Shown: positions 52,199 to 63,950 of the stretch, piece by piece
Numbering within the stretch: the first letter of the stretch is position 1
Layout: the number at the start of each line of letters is the position of its first letter
Assembly (NCBI RefSeq): GCF_001194135.2
Contig: NC_068983.1
Span: forward strand, 1,929,583-1,993,582
DNA from: Octopus bimaculoides
Lineage: Eukaryota
DNA: 64,000 bases
Reading direction: 5' to 3'
The notes under the pieces: model-generated
Seen by the model: only the letters and a program-made list of their open reading frames with translations
What the model was told of the DNA's origin: nothing
Database searches by the model: none
Program-made: the position numbers and the translations under genes

Positions 52199-53515
52199 AT
52201 GCATATATTTGAAGTTTCCACAGAGTTTAACCTCAAAAACGGTTCCGGTTTCGATATGAATGAAAGCTCCTATGAAACTGATATTAAATCTCCTGCTTGG
52301 ACAGCAGACATAGTGGAAAGGATTATGTCCGTAGCTATCATCATGATTGCAACGATTGTTGGAAACCTAACTTTAATCGCAGCCATATTCTGGAAACGTT
52401 CTCGTCTTGTAAAAAGAGTAAATATATTTCTTGTGAACTTAGCTATTGGCGATTTGACAGTCGCAATGATTACAATGACCACAGAAATACTTTTTATTGC
52501 ATTCGGAGAATGGATATTAGGAGAAGTCGTCTGTAAGATCAGCGTCTATCTGCAAATTGTAACATTGGCAAGTACAACATTTCTGATGACTGGAATGAGT
52601 ATAGATCGATACCAGGTGATTGTCAAACCTCTGCAGTCCCTGAGAAAACGTCCAAAGATCCGAACGAAAGTTATTCTAGCCTGGGTGATGGCGTTTATAT
52701 TCGCACTTCCACAGCTCTTGATTTTTGTCCAAGTAAAGGAAACAAAATCTGATGGCAGCACGCAGATGAAATGTGTCAGTAAAGGTTATACAGACGAATG
52801 GCAACGCAAAGTGTACTTCACCTTTCTCACGGCATACATTTTGGTCGTACCAGGAGCAGTGATGTTTTATTGTTACTCGAATATAACACGTGTTGTGTGG
52901 AGCAGAGCAAACCATATACCACAAATAACCTATAACAACAAATCTATACAAACGACGAACCGCATTTCGATAAACCAGTCTCTTGTTTCGGCCTCCAAAC
53001 GGCGCGTAGTCACAATGACTTTGACTGTGATTATTGGTTTTCTAACATGTCTCACCCCATATTTCATAGTGAACCTCATTAGAATATACAGTAACTACAC
53101 CATAGGTATGAAGAAATCACTGCACGTTTCCGAAGCCATCTTTATGACACACAGTGCTCTCAACCCGATTCTTTATGGGATATTTTCATTACGAATGGAA
53201 CATTTCTACAGAGTAATTAACGTCTGCTTATGCTTTATACCAGTGAAGAGCGTCATAGAAAGGGACACAAGCGTGGACAGTCTAGGTCATATGAACACTT
53301 TAAGTATGTTACAGATTAGGTTTTCACGACTAGGAAACAGAAACGCTGTTCAAAGTATAAATCAAAAGAAACAATCGTTCCAGAGGAAAAGTTTTCTGCG
53401 AAAGAACGTCGGTCATGCAATTAAGACTACGTTTCATCCGAAATCAAATTCAGTTCAAACAACTTTAGACAATACAAACCTGCGTCCGGTGAGTGGGCTA
53501 TCGCCTAATGTTTAG
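52199..53515 (+). CDS. Class A neuropeptide GPCR, vasopressin/oxytocin-GnRH-CCAP receptor superfamily; start codon uncertain (ATG 52199 or 52256, or an upstream exon)
   Basis: Seven hydrophobic segments with GN (TM1), NLAIGD (TM2), C-K...LQ and DRY (52604-52612), AW...LPQL (TM4), ECL2 Cys, VVP...CY (TM5), CLTPYF (TM6) and NPILY (TM7). N-terminal sequons NGS and NES. No stop over more than 1.3 kb. Confidence 0.95.
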   Translation: MHIFEVSTEFNLKNGSGFDMNESSYETDIKSPAWTADIVERIMSVAIIMIATIVGNLTLIAAIFWKRSRLVKRVNIFLVNLAIGDLTVAMITMTTEILFIAFGEWILGEVVCKISVYLQIVTLASTTFLMTGMSIDRYQVIVKPLQSLRKRPKIRTKVILAWVMAFIFALPQLLIFVQVKETKSDGSTQMKCVSKGYTDEWQRKVYFTFLTAYILVVPGAVMFYCYSNITRVVWSRANHIPQITYNNKSIQTTNRISINQSLVSASKRRVVTMTLTVIIGFLTCLTPYFIVNLIRIYSNYTIGMKKSLHVSEAIFMTHSALNPILYGIFSLRMEHFYRVINVCLCFIPVKSVIERDTSVDSLGHMNTLSMLQIRFSRLGNRNAVQSINQKKQSFQRKSFLRKNVGHAIKTTFHPKSNSVQTTLDNTNLRPVSGLSPNV

Positions 53516-54459
53516 ACCTGCTTCAAAATGGCAAAAACTAAAAAATGGAACCAAACAGATATATCCCTCACCTGTCTTCGTCTTTGGTTTTCTGTACATA
53601 CACGTACATACATATGTATATATATATATGTATATATTTATATGTTCATTTCTTAATCTTTCCTTACAACCTGGTCCTTTCTGATAAACCTTTTGGATTC
53701 ACAGAGGATACTAATTCCATAATTCAAATAAACTCTTACATAATATCTCATAATTGGAAAAAAAGTAATGTTATCTAAAAGCTTAGACAGGAGCATGTGA
53801 GTGCCCGAAAGAAAGAGAAAGTATAAAAATAGAGGGAGGGATGCTGGAGAGTGAGTATTGAGTACGAAAAAGATGAGAATGAATAATAAAGAGAGAGAGA
53901 AAGAGAGAGAGAGGAAATAAAAACATTTTTTAAAGAAATCAAGGAAAAGAGTGTCCTGCTAAGTGGACAAAACTGATCTGAAAATCTGAATTTTGTTGTC
54001 AAGGAATGAATAAATAATGAGCAATGACTAATTAATGTCATTAACTACTGAAGAAATAGCTAATAAATATAACACAAATTGTTCAGAATTTAGGCACAAT
54101 CTAACAGTCTTTAAATAAGGGATTAGCCTATAGCATCGACCCCAGTAACTCGTTGGTTCTATATTTTGCCGATGCTAGAGTCGTGGAAGGACAAGTTGAG
54201 TTCGGTGAGATTTGAACTCAGAACGTAAAGAGCCATCACTGTTGTGGCTCTGCATATGTCACTGACCGTTAACTGTAATATTAAGTAGGATAGAAAATAT
54301 AACTTATTTACATACTCGCATACACACACGTATATATACTGATATACACGCATACACACACATATATATATATATACATACACGAACCTTGTTTTTATAT
54401 GCATAAATATATATATATGTGCGTGTGTGTGAGTGTAAAAGAATATGTATTTATGCTTG

Positions 54460-54492
<33 letters not shown>

Positions 54493-54677
54493 ATACATAC
54501 GCGTTAGTATATATATGATTAAGTATATACCTACATAAATATATATAAATAGAGCAATATACACATTCATACAGATATATGTAAGTTTATATAAAACACA
54601 CACACGCATTTTTATATACTAATACTTGTATATCTTTATACGTATGCATATGAGTATCTATCTATCTATCTATCTAT

Positions 54678-54718
<41 letters not shown>

Positions 54719-55732
54719 CACGTATATTTATTAAGCGAATTATTGGTCAGCCTACCACATACCAATGAGCACTCACTGAGTACGTCTATTCTTCTTCCAA
54801 CTGTGAAAAATGTCTCAAATTTTCCATTTCTTGCAACTCTTTGAATGAGCAATGCAGCAGTTATTAGCGTTTGTCAAGCTCTGTGACCCGATTAACCAAC
54901 GTCAGGCCACCAAAATTTCTCACATCCCTCACGTGATGGCAAAAAACGTGATCTAAAATACCCGTTGAGTTATTTTACCCACAATCTGTTTTCATTGACA
55001 CACATCTAAAGGAGTTTATGTCCCCAAAATTCCACACGACGGTCTCTTACGAGAGTATCATTCTTTCTTTGTTATATCTATTATTTGACGATACCGTTTC
55101 CTGTGACAACCCAGTCATGTCAGACAGGAGATTATCTTAATAAAATTACAGAATTATACGTTATTATCCGTCTCTCATTTTTTACATAGAACGATTGTAT
55201 TGAACGCGTTCGATGAAGCATGTTTCAACAGGGCTTTCTCAGTCTTGCATTCGCTGCATATAATCTGTAATATTATGATGAAAATACCCGTATGCAGCAA
55301 TCATTATTATTCAGACGATGCACTCTAAAATTTCTTATTAAAACCCCACAAGTTTCATCTGCATACAAACTAGTTTACCACGTGCATGGTTTATATCTGT
55401 AATATTTTGCTTCAGTGGAGGCATCACTACGTTACCTTAAACAATAAATATTATGGTTATTTAATATCGTCTAATTACAGTTGAAAATAAAATGCGTAAC
55501 ATGTCAACACTATACATCCGATTCTGTCGTTGTAACAGCATATATAAACATTCAAATCTTATATCTTTTTTAAGTCTACTTCAACCCTGTTGTATTGATA
55601 ATATTCCTTAAATCTCTTGAATGATGGAATAGGAGTTCAGAGTTCGGCACTGCTGCAGGCGTCATTGCACCCGTCAAACAACTTTAAAAAAAATGAAATG
55701 TAGTCAATTTGGAACTGCCAAAAAATGTCAAT

Positions 55733-55789
<57 letters not shown>

Positions 55790-56711
55790 TTTTATAAGCT
55801 TAAAGCAAGCCACCAACGTGCAATGACTAAAGAGAATAGCTGAATAGAGAGTATATATATAATATATATATATATGTATATATATAATATATTTATGCAT
55901 GTATGAAATATAAACTTTTTCAAGAAGAGAGTTTATGGTGACTTCGAAATTTAGGCCTGCTAGCCTTCATTGGACAAAAGCTAAGAGACCGAAGTTTCGA
56001 AGTCACTGCCACCACTTTTCTTGCAAAATCATCATACAAAGAAAAAGTACCAAGTAATTATTTAATTTAGCGTTAACTCGAATTGAAAAAAAGCATGTGT
56101 GCGTGCATGTCGTTTATATATATATATATATGCATGTGTGTGCTTGTGCGTGTGTGTGTGTGTGTATGGGTGCACGCACGTACGTATGTATGTATTATGT
56201 ATGTCGTTGTGTGCGTCTGTGTATTAATAACGCTCTCACAAGAGTTACGTAATTCCTTTGTATTTTAACTACTGCCTCACACAGATATTGTTTCCTGTCA
56301 ATGGGATTTCTAAAACTATTATAAAGTATTCCATACTCATCCCTACAAAGCCATCTGCTCAGTAGCCCCTCCATCCAATAACATTTTTCTCTCCCTCATG
56401 TGTTTCCCTCGGCCCACTCTCCATTGATCATTTGTAAATTATTTCACCCGACAGACAATGCACTAAATATTTTCATTCATCCGTATTTCTATTCCTACGT
56501 ATCGATAAAAAGAAATAAGATGAATATCAACCCAGTTCATGACAGAGAATCGTCAACATCACAACAACAATATTCTCCATATGCGTTATAGAGTGTGCAT
56601 ACAATATTAAGGAACCAAACTGAACCAAAGAATCACGCGTACCCATGGCCCACAAGTCGCTGGTGGTGAACAAACCCGCCATGAAAATAAAATGATAATT
56701 GTTTAAAAGTT

Positions 56712-56905
56712 TGGCACCACGTCAACCATATCAACGGGGACGGGATCGAATATTACATGGATCCCAGCATCTCACTCATACTTTATTTTATCGAACTCCA
56801 AAGGATGAAAGGCAAAGTTCAAGCTGGCAGCATTCGAAAGAAAGAACGATAGAAGAAATGCTGCTAAGCTTTTTGTCCGATATGCTAACGATTCTGCGAG
56901 GAAGC
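56712..56905 (-). mobile_element. SINE family A
   Basis: GGCACCACG...GATCCCAGCAT...AAAGGATGAAAGGCAAAGT...CTAAGCTTTTTGTCCGATATGCTAACGATTCTGC. Confidence 0.7.
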
Positions 56906-58808
56906 TGCCATAGATACCATCAACACGTTTTTCTAGTTGACTAGAAAACCCGACACATGCAATAGGTGAGACGCGAAATTTCTGTCACAAAACGTATGCA
57001 TTTATATTTATAACTAATGGACGAGAGTGGGGTTATAAGGAAAATGGTATAACGTTGACGGATTGATTTAAAATTCGTTAAATTAAAATTTAAAGAGAAA
57101 TTAAAAACGTAAAAAATTTAGTATAAACTATCCAAAGTGTATAGAAACCTCCAACTATTTAGACAGGATCAGACAACTTAACGATTACGACAATTTTCAG
57201 ATACGGTCCTTGTCTTGAAGCTTGGTACCGCAATAATATGTCCTTGAATCAGAGCCGCGTTAGCTGAACCATGAGTTACCTCACAAAGCTCAATCACAAT
57301 TTTACCACTACAAATGGATCCCAGACATATTTTTCAACAATTCATCACCTATGGTAACTAGAATCGAAACCCATCTTCTTAAGCAGCGTATTATTACTGG
57401 CTCTCTTCTCTGAGACTTTGCTGTAGTTCTTCTTTCGAATTGTAAACTACAGGCAGCCAGCGCTGTCGGAATCTTCTTTGTAAGTGGCATCCAGTGATTT
57501 GTTTCATTTGTACCTGCATTCACCGCTTTTGGCCCTCAGCGGGCAGAGTTCAAATCTAAGACCTGCTATTCTTATCCGAAATTCTCATTTCTGTATTTCC
57601 TTGCCATATGACTCATATATATTTTATTGTCGCACTCATTGTAACTGATCCTTTGGCTCTGTATCACTAATTTCACTCTAACTTTGTGTCTACCCTTGGC
57701 TATATATAGTTTGCAGGTAGCATTGCGATGTTTGAGGATCATTAGCATCTGGATGGTCCAAGCAGACATAAATGACCCTAGCAGACAATTGCTTTCTGAG
57801 GGTAATCACTCTAGTCACATATATGTCTACTACTATGCAAAGGTAAGACCAAGGAATGCTAAAATTATGAGGAAATACATCTGTTCATGGTTTTAGTATT
57901 AGAGATACTCATGCATTTCTTCAGAAGCCATTGAAGAAATGTATACCACGTGATCTCCACACTCCTCGCCACCCCCTCCACATACTTTGAACTTAAAGTT
58001 GAAACACACACTTCCATATACACTACGTTGTTTTCATCATCTTAAGTACTAGCTCTTTTGAACCATTATTATAGACAGCATATATTTTTGGAAACTAGAG
58101 GTATACAAAATTTCAACTTGTGCTTTCTTTCATAAATTGGTCGGAAATAAAAAAAGAAAACACCCCTTTTTTTCCCACCTCTTCATTTACTTCTTTTCCT
58201 TGAATTCACATGTCCTGTCGTTTCATTCAATCAAAGGTTTGTAAAAGAATGCTTATTGTTATCATTATTGACGTCATTCCGGTTTGTATTGGTTTTCTTT
58301 CCCTCAATCATGATGATATTTCTGGCGGCACCATGTTTTCCGCCCTTCTCTTCTACAAGTATATGTATATCCGTTTAAACGCCAATCTTTAGTCGCGTAT
58401 TCTTTTTTTTTATATTTTGGTTGTCTCTTTGAAAAGAAAAGTTTGATTTGATTTTTTTCATTTGAAGACACGGTGGTGCACCAGCATGACCGCAGCCACT
58501 TGGCTGAAACACATAAATAAATAAATAAAATATAGAGTGCGTTCGTTTGCTTAATTGTGGATGCTGCTGCCTTGACAGTGTCAAATATTTCTTACAGTTA
58601 CTCCAGACGTAGGGGACTAGCAACACCCGTAAATGTTGCTAATTATTATTTGTTTAATGAAGAAATAAATAAAACGGAATCAGGTAAATGTCTAGAAACA
58701 GACAACAACTGCTGCGTAAAGTACTGTCTGACAGACGGCCTTGTTCTAACTAAAGAGGCTGTACAAATCCTCGGTGCACAGGATATATTCAATCTGCGAC
58801 ATCAATAA

Positions 58809-58843
<35 letters not shown>

Positions 58844-58849
58844 TCATTT

Positions 58850-59374
58850 TTCAAATATGCAATAGCAGGTAGTTGCTCTCATGGCTCCTGATCTTAACTG
58901 ATTCGAAGTGTTATCACAAACATTGTTTTATCTTAGTATAAAAGATGGCTACAGAAAATATTCTGCTCAATATCACATAGTTGCTTGTCAATTGTTTGAC
59001 CTGAATCAACTGAGCTTGTCCGTTCGTGGCTGACGATGGGTGTATCACTGACCACGAGCAGAAGTAGTCGGGAGAGCGTCACAGCCATGTGTTGAGAGGA
59101 ATTCTGTGGAGTTTGGATAATTCATTCATCAATTTTAAACAAACTTTATTCAGGGACCTTTTGAGCTGGATGGGTTACTCGACCTGAAGAAGAGTCCAAT
59201 TGGGCTCCATCTGCAAGGCGATGCGCTGTTGATGAGAGCATCATGTACCGCCCATATGGTTGGGATGCAAATGCCTGGTATACCCTTATCAGACGAGTAG
59301 TTATGATGGCTATACTGGGCTTCGCATATTTTACCCCAGTGTCGCCTTGATGGCATGCGATGCTCTCTGACTCA
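58850..59374 (+). repeat. Unclassified ~500 bp interspersed repeat, copy 2
   Basis: Homologous to 23365-23839; (AAT)n on the left, (AAG)/(AAC)n on the right. Confidence 0.85.
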
Positions 59375-59599
59375 ATAAGAAGAAGAGGAAAAAGAAGAAG
59401 AAGAAGAACAACAACAACAACGATAACAGCGGCGGCGGCGGCGGCAAATACAATTTTAAAAAATTAGAAACACGGAGGGTAGGCATAAGGAATATAAACA
59501 ATGCATCAGACAGAATTTGCTGAATAAGAGGAATAACAGTTAAAAGGTAATCGAGGAAATCGCATTAAACCTTAATGGCCGTCTCCACAAAAAGCAAAT

Positions 59600-61850
59600 G
59601 TCGTCGTTTATTGACTGACTCTTAGACTCAAGAAGCATACTCAGAAGATATCTGTTCAATCGTACCATATTTGTTTCTCTCACCTCAGCCCCACCTTTTA
59701 GAGAAACTTATTCTGGGCAGCATCATGCATTTATCCTTATATTCATTTTTCCTGTGTAAGACAATGACAGCTGACCAAAAAGTAAAATGTCTATCTTCCG
59801 TGGCTTCCATCTCGTTCACCACACAAACGTTTTCGAGATAGCCAACAGATAGAGGTGATTTGACTGCCCTCCCAGGCCAAACGAGGGTGCTGTGGGGATC
59901 ATTACGATAGACTCAGCTAAAAGCCAGATCCATTCCAGGTACAACAGCAGCTGTTTGGCAAACTCTACAGATCAGTAATGCCGGGAGACTAAGCGAATGA
60001 TTGAAGATTTATTTCGTTGCTCTGCGTGAATTTTATATAAGTCCGGCTGGCGGTACTTCGGTGTACCTAAACCTTATTCCTACTCGCACTGCCAAGACAA
60101 GCCTTTCTGGAACTTATCCCAAGTTCTTTGGTCGAAAGCTCTTTGGGAAAGACCAGCCAGTAGACCTTAATCCATACCTAGAGTTTCTGCGAGAAACTCT
60201 TCATTTCCGCCATCACAAGTCTTGTATAGAATTACAAAGTGGGAGTTCTACTGACCGTATTGACCGACCAGTAGAAAACAGTAAGCATTTGGTAGCACCA
60301 CATGCCCTTCTTGTACTCTGTTTGACGCAAAATTGTAGCTCAGTCAAAGACAAAGACGGAATATCTGACAAATGGCCAATACATCAGTTCATATCTGTAT
60401 ATCTGTTTCTCTGTATATCAGCAGTCACAATATATTGAGTGGGCACAGTATCTCTAGGTAATGGAATTTACTTCAGTCGGAAGCTGAATAGTTAAAATGT
60501 TACTTTAGTTTCTGTTTAATCTACTCGTCAGGAATGAGGCGTTCAGCTTCTAGTAGCCAGGTCTCTGTGAAATCTATCTAGGTCAACCTTGCAACTAAAA
60601 ACGTTGTAGTGTGTGTGGCCGAATGGTTGAAATTGGGGAAATCTTATAATGTTCCTGGCTGCAACCTAAATAAACGTCCTATCAAAAATAGGTTCTAGTA
60701 GAATGGATTACTCCGCGTCGACACTGGTACCTTCCGGAATTCTAATTGGTACCTCTCCGTCAGTTGCAAACGTCTGCTCAGGTTATAGAGCTTTTGCACC
60801 ATGCACTCCTATCGACAAGCCTCAATTAATCTGGTGTGCATTATAGATGATGATGTAGTGGCCCACTAGTACTAAAGAGAGAGATGCTTTCAAAGACACT
60901 TCCAGCTGACTGAAGATATCTAGCAATCCTGCTAAGGTCGAGGTATATACGGCCACTAGACCGACAGTGCTATCTTTACTATTGGAGACGATCTATACCT
61001 CCGATTTACAGTCCGAAGCCAGGAAGATTGTTCACGATTTGAGATCGAGAACTTTCTGAATCAACATTATTATTCCTCCTGATCCAGGTCGGACAAGAGG
61101 AGCGTACCTGTCGTATCATCGATGGAAATCTTCGTATTACTCATTGCTTCTACATCAATATCCAATAACACAAAATCGTTCTGTAAGAAGATTTACTTCA
61201 AAGCCAACCTCAAGTTACGTGCTATTTTTCCATGTAAATCAGAAAAAAATTACGTAAAGACGATCCCTTGCTTTGGTTTAATTGAAGAGCGGAGAATCCA
61301 GTCTTCAATATGGGTTGGGCTTCCTTCAATGGATCCCTTGCGTCTGGTATGTGTCCGAGTCAAAGGTCTGACACTTCATGACAATGTTTGCAATATCAAT
61401 ACGACAAAGGAATGGCATTTCTGCTGTATGGTCAGCACATCTTTCCTCGTGTGTATCTATCGTTTTATATTTCTCTTCTATGTATTTCCTCGATTCACTG
61501 CTGTTTTGTCTCGATCAGGGAAGTCGAATCAGGTGTCTTTTGTGCATTTGGCTGTTGCTCTTCTTTTTTACTGAGGTTGTTATAGTGTTTGTTTTCCTGA
61601 AATGTTGTTGTTTCAATTTCATTTGTTGTTGTTGTGCGTTTCCCTATTGCTCTCAAGTGATGACATGGAGAAGCATAGAAATAAATACTGGTATGTTTCT
61701 ATGTCTGTTCTTATGTGACGCCGTGGATGAGGGTAAAAAAGGGAGACGTTATGACAGGTTTGGTGGTGCGTTTTGTTGTTGCCTTTGTGACTGCACCTCT
61801 CTGTGGAAGTTCTTGATATTGTGGCATTGAGAAAAATAACGGATTCTCCT
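59600..61850 (-). mobile_element. Degraded CR1/L2-group LINE, 5' part of ORF2 (AP endonuclease region)
   Basis: In order on the minus strand: GGIIM, VGLVAVYTS, LVGH...YNAH (GDFNAH-like), PIRIPEG...SILLEPIF (PTRIP...ILDL-like), then FWSAV; all heavily mutated. Confidence 0.45.
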
Positions 61851-63414
61851 TTCATATTTTTTTAGCCGTAGGCAGAGATCTTTTAGACAGTAAGTAGCCT
61901 AACATATGTAACATATTGGCTGTCAGCTTTCTAACGCCAATAACAACTTCAAACCAAAGGGCTCTATCTGGCAAGTGAATCAGGCCGGTCATGCTTTAGG
62001 TTCCCTGCTGGTTGATCTAGTTCAAACCCTCCATCCCTTTCCACGAGTACTTTATTTGCTATGTGCCAGCAAAGATATGAGGGTATCAGTATAAATTTCT
62101 CGCTTCTGAGAGAGGCTATGCTGCGGTCTTTTCTCTTCGATACTCGTAGACAGTCTGCCAGCAATTGTGCAGGATTACGTGACATGACTGATAAGAGTCA
62201 GAACGGATGTGACGCACTTTTCTACTGAGGCTTGAGCCGTCCTTTCCTTTCGTCTATACAACCCTAGGCTATCATGCCTCTCCTGGTTTCTTCTATAATG
62301 CATTCAGGAAACGCAAGGCTTTTGCTTCTTCTTCTCCTCGTTAGCAAGGTTTTCGACTGCGATGTGTTTTCCAATTCTACTTCAATCTCTTCCCATATCC
62401 TCGATGCTCTGGCAAACTACCCACATTTTTCCCATTCTTCATAGTAGACTTTGTTATCGTTGCTACTGGTGTTGCTTCTGCTGTAGCCTTTGCTGCTCTT
62501 TGTGCTTGCATCACTGGACGAGTGAGTGGATGCAGCAGTCATTATGGGGGTGGCGGTGGCGGTGACGTTTTTCTTTCTGAATGGAAGAGCGGTGACGTTG
62601 GCGGTGACGTTGGCGGTAGCGGCGATAGTTTTAAAACTGTTGCAGTGTCGACTGCTGTGTTGGTGAAAGTTGTGGTATTTCTCTTCTCTGTAAGAAATCA
62701 GTTGCTTACAATAAAAGAGGTAGTTCTTCAACATATTACTCTTTGCTGTCGGTGGTGGTGGTGGTGGTGGTGGGTTATGTTATTATTAAGTTGTTTTGAA
62801 TATCCAACACGCCTTGTCACAGCTACTTATACAATTTGCAATGGATATTAATACAGGGAAATCATTTCCATCACCATTGTTCTGGCTGTGACAGCCCCTC
62901 CTTCACAATCATCTCGTCACTGGATCTGACATTTACTATGATACGATTTGCTTTTGAGATAATTCGGAATAACATTTTTTTGAAAGATATTTTTGCCACT
63001 ATGTGGCAATCGAGAGAGTTTCCAGCAGGCCCAGGTGGGTATTGGTTGGCTGCGACACGAACCAGAAAACAAAAATATAACATTAACACGTTTTTAGATA
63101 CTTAACCGAATAACAGCTTGCAAACCGTGTTCCAGTGTGTTTCGCAGATGCATACACTATCAACAACAACGGTAAAAATGACAAGGTTGCCCACAGTAAT
63201 TTGAGGGGACGGAGCAAGTCTATTAAATTGACGTCAGTAGATGATTGCCCCAACATTTCATTGACACCGAAAATTTGAAAGACAAAGTGCATCTCGGCTA
63301 AACTTAAACTGTCAGAAGAAAAGCCGCTAAGCATTTTGACAGAAGGGTCAACGATCCTGCCAGCTCCACGCTCAAATAACAATAACAACTACAACATAAC
63401 AACAGCTATAATAA

Positions 63415-63625
63415 TAATCTCTTCTACTATAGGCCAAAGGCCGGAAAATTTGGGGAGGGGCTGGTCGATTACATCGCCCGAAGTGTATAACTGGTACTTA
63501 TTTCATTGACCCCCGAAAGGATAAATGGCAAAGTCGACCTCGGTGGAATTTCAACTCAGAACGTGAGGACGGACGAAATACCGCTAAGCGTTTTGCCTGG
63601 TGTGCTAACGATTCAATCAGCTAGC
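63415..63625 (-). mobile_element. SINE family A, full length, flanked by AAT repeats
   Basis: CTTCTACTATAGGCCAAAGGCCGG...CCCCGAAAGGATAAATGGCAAAGTCGACCTCGGTGGAATTTCAACTCAGAACG...CCGCTAAGCGTTTTGCCTGGTGTGCTAACGATT. Confidence 0.85.
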
Positions 63626-63639
63626 AGCCTTAATAATAA

Positions 63640-63752
63640 TGAAGCAGAAGGAGAAGAAGGAGAAGAAGAAGAAGAAGCAGAAGAAGAAGAAGCAGAAGAA
63701 GAAGAAGCTGAAGAAGAAGAAGCAAAAGAAGAAGAAGCAGAAGAAGAAGAAC
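63640..63752. repeat. Compound (GAA)n repeat with 15 bp periodicity GAAGCAGAAGAAGAA
   Basis: Directly visible in the sequence. Confidence 0.9.
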
Positions 63753-63759
63753 GGTTTTT

Positions 63760-63950
63760 ACGAAATATCGCCATAGAGATTCACCATACTATAAAAGAAA
63801 AGAAACGAAATAATATGGTAGAGGCATGAAATAATATACAAGACAACATCAGAGAGATGAGAATGTTGAGAAGTATGAGGGCCTCGCCATAGAGATGAAA
63901 TGATTATGGAGCACAGGGATGAAAAATGTTCCACTTGTAATGAAGTATTA
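63760..63950 (+). mobile_element. RLE LINE C-terminal fragment
   Basis: EKYEGLAIEMK*LWSTGMKNVPLVM resembles the KYxDLAIEIKRLW...VPVVIG RLE motif. Confidence 0.55.

Noticed and set aside
61122-61830. Two 150 aa plus-strand ORFs
   Set aside because: They lie antisense to the degraded LINE and low-complexity TTG tracts, with no recognisable protein features.
62460-62780. Gly/Val-rich ORFs with GGCGGTGACGTT repeats
   Set aside because: Low-complexity trinucleotide-derived sequence without splice or domain evidence.
63506-63829. Glu-rich 107 aa ORF
   Set aside because: Composed of SINE sequence, a GAA repeat and a LINE fragment.
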